Assembly (NCBI GenBank): GCA_050123235.1 | Contig: JASFHL010000001.1 | Location: 84,651-148,650 of the forward strand | Source of the DNA: Candidatus Woesebacteria bacterium | GTDB taxonomy: Bacteria; Patescibacteriota; Microgenomatia; UBA1400; PJMF01 | DNA: 64,000 nt | Direction of reading: 5' to 3' | In this document: piece after piece, positions 57,392 through 64,000 of the stretch | Layout: each line of letters opens with the position of its first letter | Position numbering within the stretch: the first letter of the stretch is position 1 | Made by a program: the position numbers and the translations under genes | The notes under the pieces: generated by a model | Told to the model about the DNA's origin: nothing | Database searches by the model: none | The model's input: the letters and a program-made list of their open reading frames with translations, nothing else

Positions 57392-58270
57392 TTACAAAAT
57401 CATTTTTTCAATTGGTAAAACAATAATTCCTTCAGCCCCTACTTTTTTTAATCTTTCAACTGTTTCCCAAAAGACATCTTCTTTAATTACAGATTGAACG
57501 CTAACCCAAGGTTTTTTGGCTAAAAGTGAAAGAGTAGGAGATTTGAGTCCAGGAATGATTTTTTTCAATTTAGGTAAGATGTCTTCTGGCGCATTCATCA
57601 TGATATATTTATATCTTTGGGCAGATAAAACTCCTTTAAATCTGGTTAATAGTTGTTTGATAATTTTTGCCTTTTTTTCATCTTTTAGTGAGTCTGGATT
57701 GGCAATTAAAACTGCTTCTGATTTATAGATAGTTTCTAAAATGCGTAAATCATTTTGCGCTAAAGTGCTACCAGTAGAAACTAAATCAACAATAGCATCT
57801 GCTATTCCTAGAAGAGGAGCAGCTTCTACTGATCCACTGATTTCAATTAATTTGATTTTTATATTTTTTTCTTTAAAAAATTTTTTCGCGCTTTTGGGAT
57901 ATGAGCTTGCTATTTTAAGACCTTGCAAATCTGAGAGTTTCTTAATTTTAGAATCTTTTGCTACAGCTACTACTAATGAACAAAAACTAAATCTCAAATT
58001 AAGTAACTTTTTGATCTTTTTTCTTTTTTCATTAACTACATTTTGGCCAATAATACCTAAATCCACTATTCCCGTAGAAACATAATCAGTAATGTCATCG
58101 TCTCTGCTATAGATAATTTCTAAAGGGAAATTACGGCAATTAGAAAACAACTTACGATTGTAAGTTTCGAATTCCAAGCCCGCCAACTTTAAAAAAGCTA
58201 CTGTCTCATCAGTGAGGCGGCCAGATTTTTGGATAGCTAGTTTAATTTTATTGTTATTTAGTTTTGTCAT
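57392..58270 (-). CDS. hisG: ATP phosphoribosyltransferase (long form with regulatory domain)
   Basis: IKLAIQKSGRL N-terminus, DLVSTGSTL PRPP-binding signature, about 80-aa C-terminal regulatory domain. Confidence 0.85.
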   Translation of the reverse strand: MTKLNNNKIKLAIQKSGRLTDETVAFLKLAGLEFETYNRKLFSNCRNFPLEIIYSRDDDITDYVSTGIVDLGIIGQNVVNEKRKKIKKLLNLRFSFCSLVVAVAKDSKIKKLSDLQGLKIASSYPKSAKKFFKEKNIKIKLIEISGSVEAAPLLGIADAIVDLVSTGSTLAQNDLRILETIYKSEAVLIANPDSLKDEKKAKIIKQLLTRFKGVLSAQRYKYIMMNAPEDILPKLKKIIPGLKSPTLSLLAKKPWVSVQSVIKEDVFWETVERLKKVGAEGIIVLPIEKMIL

Positions 58271-58384
58271 ATAGCATTTTGCAGAATTAAATTCTACGGT
58301 TTTGAATAATTTTTAAGACTTTAGCAACGCCGAGGCGATTTTTTGTTGCCAGGCTAAGCCAAGTTCTAAATTTTCTAATTTTTG

Positions 58385-58459
58385 GGTGACTGACGGGATT
58401 CGCACCCGCGGCCTTCGCTTTCACAGAGCGACGCTCTAACTAACTGAGCTACAGCCACC
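58385..58459 (-). tRNA. tRNA-His (anticodon GTG) with genome-encoded G-1
   Basis: Cloverleaf: G-1 + GTGGCTG acceptor, D arm GCTC/GAGC, anticodon stem TCGCT/AGCGA with loop CTGTGAA, T arm GCGGG-TGCGAAT-CCCGT, C73 discriminator; CCA not encoded. Confidence 0.85.
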
Positions 58460-58582
58460 ATCTTTAATTTTTACTAGGGTTTGATTTTCAGATTTCCTTA
58501 AATCTCTAAACCCTATCAGATGTTTTAAATAAGCAGTTTCCAATTTTTTAATTTTGTGCGGCTCGTTTATATTAATAATAAG

Positions 58583-58607
58583 CACAAAAAACCCCCCGGC
58601 TGGGGGG
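58583..58607 (-). terminator. strong intrinsic terminator T2 (CCCCCC-AGCC-GGGGGG + U6) in his leader region
   Basis: Perfect 6-bp all-GC stem followed by U-run on the minus strand. Confidence 0.6.
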
Positions 58608-58626
58608 AGTGAAAAGTGTTTATTTA

Positions 58627-58655
58627 ACTAAAAAATCCGGCTTTGGGTCCGGATT
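58627..58655 (-). terminator. intrinsic terminator-like hairpin T1 (AAUCCGG-ACCCAAAG-CCGGAUU + U6) downstream of leader ORF
   Basis: 7-bp inverted repeat followed by U6 on the minus strand. Confidence 0.5.
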
Positions 58656-58684
58656 AATTTCACACAAAAATCACTAACCCCCTT

Positions 58685-58720
58685 TTAGGTGGTATGGTGA
58701 TGATGAGCTAATTGACTCAT
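58685..58720 (-). CDS. putative his operon leader peptide MSQLAHHHHTT (4 consecutive His codons)
   Basis: ATG AGT CAA TTA GCT CAT CAT CAC CAT ACC ACC TAA; lies between a consensus promoter and tandem terminators upstream of tRNA-His/hisG. Confidence 0.55.
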   Translation of the reverse strand: MSQLAHHHHTT

Positions 58721-58743
58721 GTTTTGTGTTTTCATAAATGATT

Positions 58744-58772
58744 ATTATATATAAGTTTTGTTGTGTGTCAAC
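58744..58772 (-). promoter_or_regulatory. sigma-70-like promoter TTGACA-N17-TATAAT driving the his leader
   Basis: Minus-strand TTGACA (58772-58767) and TATAAT (58749-58744), about 24 nt upstream of leader ATG. Confidence 0.5.
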
Positions 58773-58786
58773 TTTTAGCGACTTTT

Positions 58787-59779
58787 CTACAAAGCCAATT
58801 TTTTCCCATCAATCTTGATTATTGGCTTCAATGTTAGAGCATCTAAATGGATTGGCACATCAACTTCACCACCAATACAACTACTATTTCCAAAAGCAAT
58901 ATGAGCAGTTTTTAAAGCCTTTTCAGCTTCGATCATTTTGCCTAAAGGATTAGTCTTGGGGTTGGTACCAATCCCGATCTCAGCAATGTTAAACGCATCT
59001 GGGCCGATTTTTTTGAGTTTCTCTTCTAAGGCCTGAGCAAGTTGATGATTGTTTGACTCGCTTTCAAATTTGACAGCTAAGCCATTTTTAATAGTCACCT
59101 TGATTGGTTTTTTGAGTTTAAAATCAGCTAAAGCGCCATTGATTATCCAAGTTCCTTGAGAGCTGCCTTTAATTGGGGCAAAGAAAACTTCACCTGCGGG
59201 AAGATTACCAAGTTCGCCATTTTTTAGAATTCCGCCATCATTGAAAATAGCTTTTTGGCGAATAGCTGCACTGAAGTTTGTCTCTGATGGAGAACTAATA
59301 TGAATAGTGTTTGCTTTTTGGAGTTTGGCTTTTATTTCCTCGCCTAGTTTTTTAATTTTATGATAGTCAGTTGTCAGAGTGCGACGCATGATTTTGTAAT
59401 TAACTCCTGGCAAACTAGCACCACGATGATTGTTTCTTACCACTGCTTTGCCAGCTTTGCTGTGGGTAAGGGAGAATTTTGTATGGAGGATCGTAATGTT
59501 TGCCTGCGCGCAAGCCTGAACTACCTCATCAGGTGGTTCTTGGCCACTGTGAGTCATACCAGCCAAGACTATCATCTGCACTTTATCAGTGAGGGTTTTG
59601 GCAGTCTCGAACCAAATGGCAGCCTCTTTTTTATAAAATCTGATGTCTGTGACAATTAGGACATTATCATTCTTTTGGAAATTAAGGTTATTTTTGAGAA
59701 TTTTTTGACCTAATCTTAATTCTGCTGTTTGTAAGCGCAGCAAACTTTGATCAGCTGAAATTATTTTGTGAATTTTCAT
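58787..59779 (-). CDS. aminopeptidase, M29 (AmpS/PepS, thermophilic metalloprotease) family
   Basis: about 330 aa; overall pattern of M29 family including metal-ligand-containing regions (HTKFSLTH, IAEIGIGTN, HIAFG); assignment by similarity of pattern only. Confidence 0.55.
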   Translation of the reverse strand: MKIHKIISADQSLLRLQTAELRLGQKILKNNLNFQKNDNVLIVTDIRFYKKEAAIWFETAKTLTDKVQMIVLAGMTHSGQEPPDEVVQACAQANITILHTKFSLTHSKAGKAVVRNNHRGASLPGVNYKIMRRTLTTDYHKIKKLGEEIKAKLQKANTIHISSPSETNFSAAIRQKAIFNDGGILKNGELGNLPAGEVFFAPIKGSSQGTWIINGALADFKLKKPIKVTIKNGLAVKFESESNNHQLAQALEEKLKKIGPDAFNIAEIGIGTNPKTNPLGKMIEAEKALKTAHIAFGNSSCIGGEVDVPIHLDALTLKPIIKIDGKKLAL

Positions 59780-59917
59780 ATTTTTTCATTTTAAAATGTT
59801 TTCTTGTCTTATTTTATCCTGTTTGGCAATCTTAGCCGCAGATTTATTTGGATAAATTCAAGCAAGTTTAGATAAAAAGAGCTATTATATGAGGCAGTTA
59901 TAGATCTAAATTTTGGA

Positions 59918-60538
59918 TCAAAAATATTCCAAAGCCTCTTTAACTGTAGTAGAAGCTCCATGACCTGGATAAAGAACAGTGTTTTTTGGCAACTTGAAAA
60001 TTTTTCCTAAAGATTGTTTGAGTATTTTAGCATCACTACCTTCTAAGTCTGTTCTTCCATAATAGCCATCTGCAAAAATAGTATCTCCAGTAAAGGCTAA
60101 TTGTTCTTTTTCAGAATAGAGAACAACACTCCCCGGAGTATGGCCTGGAGTTTCTATAATTTTTAAAGAAAGTCCTGATATGTTTAAAGATTGGTCATTT
60201 TTTAAAAAATGATTTACTTTAGGCAGAGTTTTAATTTCTTTTTTAATAAAAAATTTTGCCATAGCAGGAGCGCTATTTAAAATAAAGCTGTCTTTTTTGT
60301 TTAAGTAAAAGGGGAGATTCGTAAATTTTTTTTTTAGCTCATTGATAGCTAGAATATGGTCAAAATGGCCGTGAGTAGCCAGAATGCCTTGGGGTTTTAA
60401 TTTGAGTTTTTTAATTTGTTCAATGATTAAGTCAGCATCATCACCAGGGTCGATAATCAAAGCGTTTTTATTTTTTTGATGATAAAAAAGATAACAATTA
60501 GTTTTCAGCGGCCCGACAGCTAAAGTCAATACCGGCAT
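59918..60538 (-). CDS. MBL-fold metallo-hydrolase (glyoxalase II-like)
   Basis: HGHFDH motif (HxHxDH), downstream TPGHTPGS and conserved His/Asp ligands. Confidence 0.8.
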   Translation of the reverse strand: MPVLTLAVGPLKTNCYLFYHQKNKNALIIDPGDDADLIIEQIKKLKLKPQGILATHGHFDHILAINELKKKFTNLPFYLNKKDSFILNSAPAMAKFFIKKEIKTLPKVNHFLKNDQSLNISGLSLKIIETPGHTPGSVVLYSEKEQLAFTGDTIFADGYYGRTDLEGSDAKILKQSLGKIFKLPKNTVLYPGHGASTTVKEALEYF

Positions 60539-60544
60539 GGCCCT

Positions 60545-60952
60545 TTATCCTTCATCATTAGTTTGCTTGAAATAAAAGCCAACAATAAAACCAAAAGGCC
60601 CGCCTAATACACCAGCTACAGTGGTAGTGATAGTTTTGGCAGACTCAAGTGGATCAGTAAAAGTACCTGGATTCAAGATATCTAAAATAAACGGTCCTAC
60701 TAGTGACAAAAAAACCATAAATAAAAAGAAAAAAGTAAAAGTTTTGGCAATTTTAGCGCGGGTACTTTCTTGTGATTTAGCTACACTAAAAGTTAATTGG
60801 GTGTTTTCAGACTCCACCTTTCTGGTAAATTTTGGTTGAGAGAAAGTGAAGACACTTGGGCTTTTAAGAGTAGGGGGTTCAACTTTATTAATGCTGCTTT
60901 TTATTGGCGGTTTGGCTTTTGATTTATCTGGCATAAGAAAGATGTTGGGCAA
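60545..60952 (-). CDS. hypothetical membrane protein
   Basis: ORF with two TM helices. Confidence 0.3.
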   Translation of the reverse strand: MPNIFLMPDKSKAKPPIKSSINKVEPPTLKSPSVFTFSQPKFTRKVESENTQLTFSVAKSQESTRAKIAKTFTFFFLFMVFLSLVGPFILDILNPGTFTDPLESAKTITTTVAGVLGGPFGFIVGFYFKQTNDEG

Positions 60953-61029
60953 TTTATATGTTTATAGAGTTTTATGAGCTAAGTGTTAATAAATGAAATT
61001 ATTTGAAATTAATTATAATTTCTCTTGTG

Positions 61030-61326
61030 CTATTTAACACGTTGAACTTTGTTAGCAAAATCTTTAATCAAGAGACTAGTTCCAGATCTTTTTTGTTTTA
61101 AGACTACGGTTCTACCTTGAACTAAACGAAACATTTGGTAAGCTTGCAAAAGCACTCCGGAAGGATCAGTTTCTAGCTGTCTGGCTATCTCCTGTAATTC
61201 TTGCATGGCTTGGTCATCAAACTCTAAGGAAACTTCATTAGGATTTTCCTTAATGATTCCATTGATTGTTGATTTCTGGCTTTGCTGAGCTTGGCTTTTT
61301 GTTTTGGAATTCATATTAATAATCAT
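61030..61326 (-). CDS. hypothetical protein (98 aa)
   Basis: ORF only. Confidence 0.3.
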   Translation of the reverse strand: MIINMNSKTKSQAQQSQKSTINGIIKENPNEVSLEFDDQAMQELQEIARQLETDPSGVLLQAYQMFRLVQGRTVVLKQKRSGTSLLIKDFANKVQRVK

Positions 61327-61373
61327 TTTAACATAGCTGTAATTTTGGCGATATAATTAAGTTAATAAATAAC

Positions 61374-61444
61374 GGGCCAATAGTAAAACGGTATTACACA
61401 GCAGTCGCATTGCTGAAGTCCGGGTTCGATTCCCGGTTGGTCCA
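61374..61444 (+). tRNA. tRNA-Ala (anticodon CGC)
   Basis: Acceptor GGGCCAA/TTGGTCC with G3:U70 Ala identity pair, D arm GTAA/TTAC, anticodon stem CAGCA/TGCTG loop GTCGCAT, T arm CCGGG-TTCGATT-CCCGG, A73. Confidence 0.8.
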
Positions 61445-61639
61445 CATAGGAATAAGATGCAAAGCTACGAGCAGTTAGATTTTCTTTTAAAGAAAATAAA
61501 ATTTAAGGAAAGCGTAATTGATCATAAATGGAAAATAATTGAATATTAGTTGCAGTATTGATATAATTGTTTATATTAGAGTTGATAAATACTCTTGGGT
61601 ATTATGAGAGTATCTTTTTAATATAAATTTTTTAAAATT

Positions 61640-61960
61640 ATGCCAAGAAGGATAGAATTAGTTTCACTGGCAGATCCTAGATTAAAGGATTTACCACTAA
61701 TATTACAAAAGAATGGTGAAAAAATATTTGTTTGCTACTGTGGAAGACCACACAAATTTGATGGCCGAGAGATAGAATCTGTATTTAGTCGACAAGGTCC
61801 TAGTCGAGTTAGTTTGGCGGATATCTTTGTATATTGGAATCCCACTGTCTTGTTGTTTTTGGAGGAATTAGAATCGGCAGACCCTGCCTATATGAAAATA
61901 GCCACAACAACGATGGCTTTTGTATCCACCTTAAAAGAAGGGTTAGCAGCTCAGCGTTAA
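61640..61960 (+). CDS. hypothetical protein (106 aa)
   Basis: ORF only; 3' end overlaps convergent M24 peptidase gene. Confidence 0.3.
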   Translation: MPRRIELVSLADPRLKDLPLILQKNGEKIFVCYCGRPHKFDGREIESVFSRQGPSRVSLADIFVYWNPTVLLFLEELESADPAYMKIATTTMAFVSTLKEGLAAQR

Positions 61961-63040
61961 CTCCTCAATCCCATTTTCACCCACCCAAATTGTATTCTCA
62001 TACCTATAGCCAAATTTATCTTTCAAATAAATTCCTGGCTCAATAGTAATGATCATATTTTTTTTAATTGCTTGTTCATTTTTCCAAGACAGAGAAGGAG
62101 GTTCATGGATGTCTAAGCCTAAACCATGCCCGGTGGTATGAATAAAGTAATCTTTGAAACCAGCTTTTTCTATAATTGAACGAGCTGTCTGGTCTATGCT
62201 TTTAGCATCAGTAATGATTTCAGTTTTAAATTGTTTCAATTTTTGATTAAGAAAACTAATTGCGCCTTGATAAGCTTTTTTTACTGTTTTTTCTATTTTG
62301 TTAAATTCTGCCGGTGCTTTTTTAGCAAACCAGAATGTTCTAGTCATATCACTACAGTAGTTTTCAAAAACTGCTCCCATATCAATTAAAATCGCCATAT
62401 TTTTTTTAAGCTTTTTGCCAGTAGGTTGATGATGTGGTAGAGCAGAGTTTGTCCCAAAAGCCACAATAGTAGGAAAGGCCCGTTTTTCTGAACCTAATTT
62501 TCTCATTCGTTCTTCCAAAATTAGAGCAAGTTTTTTTTCTGAGATACCAACTTTAAATTTTTTTTCTATGCTGACCATTACTTTGTTAGCAATCTGAGCA
62601 GCCTTGATCATCTTTTTAATTTCTTGTTCATCCTTAACCATGCGTAGTTGCCAAGTTAAATTTTTATCTAGCTCGAGCAGTTTTAATTTTTTAATTTTAG
62701 CCAAAGCTTTATATTCGGCTACAGAGACATGATCTTCGTCTATGAGTAATTCTGTGATTTTTTCATTTTGAACAATTTTAGTGACTTGCTCAGTAAGATT
62801 TTTTAATTGGCAACCAGGAATTTTAATTAGTTTTTTATTGTCACTTGGGGTGGGGGAAAAGCTATTATGAATCAAAAAAGCCTGTTTTTTACTAATAATG
62901 GTAAAAGCCTCTCTTTCATTATTGGTTAGTTGTTCAAAACCAGTAAAATAAAAATTATCACTGGCTGAAGCTAATAGAATTGCCTGATGGGTTTTGATTT
63001 TCTCTTGCAGGGAGGAGATGCGGAACGAGTAAGATTTCAT
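61943..63040 (-). CDS. Xaa-Pro aminopeptidase / peptidase M24 family
   Basis: Pita-bread fold metal ligands: DMGAVFENYCSD, HTTGHGLGLDIHE, ENTIWV (E...E). Confidence 0.85.
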   Translation of the reverse strand: MKSYSFRISSLQEKIKTHQAILLASASDNFYFTGFEQLTNNEREAFTIISKKQAFLIHNSFSPTPSDNKKLIKIPGCQLKNLTEQVTKIVQNEKITELLIDEDHVSVAEYKALAKIKKLKLLELDKNLTWQLRMVKDEQEIKKMIKAAQIANKVMVSIEKKFKVGISEKKLALILEERMRKLGSEKRAFPTIVAFGTNSALPHHQPTGKKLKKNMAILIDMGAVFENYCSDMTRTFWFAKKAPAEFNKIEKTVKKAYQGAISFLNQKLKQFKTEIITDAKSIDQTARSIIEKAGFKDYFIHTTGHGLGLDIHEPPSLSWKNEQAIKKNMIITIEPGIYLKDKFGYRYENTIWVGENGIEELTLSC

Positions 63041-63762
63041 TATTCTTCATTTTTATTATCTAAAGATAAAGGGGCGAGAGCTTGAATAGTAGTCACTACG
63101 GCTTCGTCCTCATCTTTATAGCCGATTAATAAACATTGTAAATCTTCAATAAAATCAGCTTGCTTAGCTTCTTCCCCTTGGTTATCTTGAAATTTAGTTT
63201 TTTTGTTTAAATCCAAAGTCAGAGTTTCTTCATCAGAACGAGGTTTAAAATCAATTTTATTTCTTTGAATTGATTTAATAGTACCCAAGAGCACTATATG
63301 TTCTTTAGGTCTAAGACTTTCAGCAGAAACAACTATTCTTTTGGGAACAAAAGAATCATCTTCAATAAAACCCATCACAATCAACCAATCACCAACTATA
63401 ACCTCATCAACAGCAATCTTTTTTTGTTTTTTAACCAGCACTAAGTCTTCGGTAAGAGGAATGATATTGGTACCTTTAGTAGTGGAGATAGTGATAGTTT
63501 CTTCGCTAACACGAGTAACTTCACCGATGAATCCTTTTTTATTTTTACTTAGGTCTTCGAGAGTATTTTCAATTTTGTCTTTTTTTTCTTCCACAATTTT
63601 TTCAATTCTATCTTTGAGATTTTCATTAGCCTCAGCACTGGGGCTAGCTTCACTGGTTTCCGTAGTAGCAGAATCAGTATTATCTTGCTCAGCTTTGACA
63701 AGCTGGCTATTTAGAAAGATAACCGAAATTATAATTAGTATAGTAATTAGTTTTTTTATCAT
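63040..63762 (-). CDS. hypothetical secreted protein
   Basis: N-terminal signal peptide MIKKLITILIIISVIFLNSQLVKA; acidic low-complexity region. Confidence 0.35.
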   Translation of the reverse strand: MIKKLITILIIISVIFLNSQLVKAEQDNTDSATTETSEASPSAEANENLKDRIEKIVEEKKDKIENTLEDLSKNKKGFIGEVTRVSEETITISTTKGTNIIPLTEDLVLVKKQKKIAVDEVIVGDWLIVMGFIEDDSFVPKRIVVSAESLRPKEHIVLLGTIKSIQRNKIDFKPRSDEETLTLDLNKKTKFQDNQGEEAKQADFIEDLQCLLIGYKDEDEAVVTTIQALAPLSLDNKNEE

Positions 63763-63763
63763 C

Positions 63764-64000
63764 TTATTCTTCTTTCTCTGCCGATTTACTGGCTTCTACT
63801 TCGCTCTCTTCCAGTAGCAGTTGACTAGTAACAATAATTGTTCGTTCGATACTTGATTTTTTTCCATCTTCATCAATGGCATAAACAGTGATGACATTGC
63901 TACCTGCTTCTAATTCAAGTTCAGTAGAGAAGTTACCACTTTCATCTGAAGTAACTATTGTTTCCTGATTGCCTACAAAGATGACCACAAAGTTATTTGC
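63764..64000 (-). CDS. hypothetical protein, C-terminal part (gene continues beyond window end); Ig-like beta domain
   Basis: ORF reaches window edge; ITVYAIDEDGK pattern resembles bacterial Ig-like domains. Confidence 0.3.
   Translation of the reverse strand, partial: ANNFVVIFVGNQETIVTSDESGNFSTELELEAGSNVITVYAIDEDGKKSSIERTIIVTSQLLLEESEVEASKSAEKEE

Noticed and set aside
1-64000. CRISPR arrays, insertion sequences, integrases, rRNA operons
   Set aside because: No regularly spaced direct repeats were found. The only repeat family is the three palindromic intergenic copies. No transposase, integrase or recombinase motifs appear in any frame, and no rRNA-like conserved stretches.
1-64000. Alternative genetic code (e.g. 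UGA recoding as in some candidate phyla)
   Set aside because: Conserved proteins (TopA, PBP2, CysRS, HisRS, RF1) read through as single long ORFs with standard stops, and RF1 (not RF2-only) is present. Consistent with code 11.

Overview
AT-rich (about 33-36% GC) bacterial chromosomal segment with the standard genetic code and no rRNA, CRISPR array, transposase or integrase. It is dense in housekeeping genes, most of them divergent from model-organism orthologues and several carrying lysine-rich tails or insertions, which suggests a reduced or deep-branching genome (possibly CPR/Patescibacteria-like; this is an inference, not established).

Recognisable gene content:
- Translation and ribosome: def-fmt, rpmB, rpsF-ssb-rpsR, rpmE, prfA (RF1), hpf, cysS, hisS, tgt.
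- Cell shape: a mreB-mreC-mreD-PBP2 operon.
- DNA metabolism and stress: topA, dprA, recR, radC.
- Nucleotide/folate cluster: a dCMP deaminase fusion, a CofE-like ligase, folA, dut and tmk.
- A near-complete histidine biosynthesis operon on the minus strand: hisG-hisD-hisC-HAD-hisHF-hisAI-hisE.
- Two tRNAs: His(GTG) and Ala(CGC).

Most notable findings:
1. An attenuator-like leader upstream of hisG. It has a near-consensus promoter, an 11-codon ORF with four consecutive His codons (MSQLAHHHHTT), tandem intrinsic terminators with a plausible antiterminator, and a tRNA-His gene embedded between the leader and hisG.
2. A 67-nt tRNA-like element without a D arm, sitting between hisS and the his operon.
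3. A family of roughly 200-250 bp imperfect-palindromic intergenic repeats in three copies. They share the core GGAGCGTTGAAGCGAGG, and the two full copies have terminal inverted repeats (MITE-like).
4. A GC-rich islet (about 50% GC) encoding a small membrane protein with a structured leader.
5. Two putative type II toxin-antitoxin pairs, XRE-GNAT and Phd-VapC.
6. Several compositionally atypical, acidic or disordered orphan proteins.
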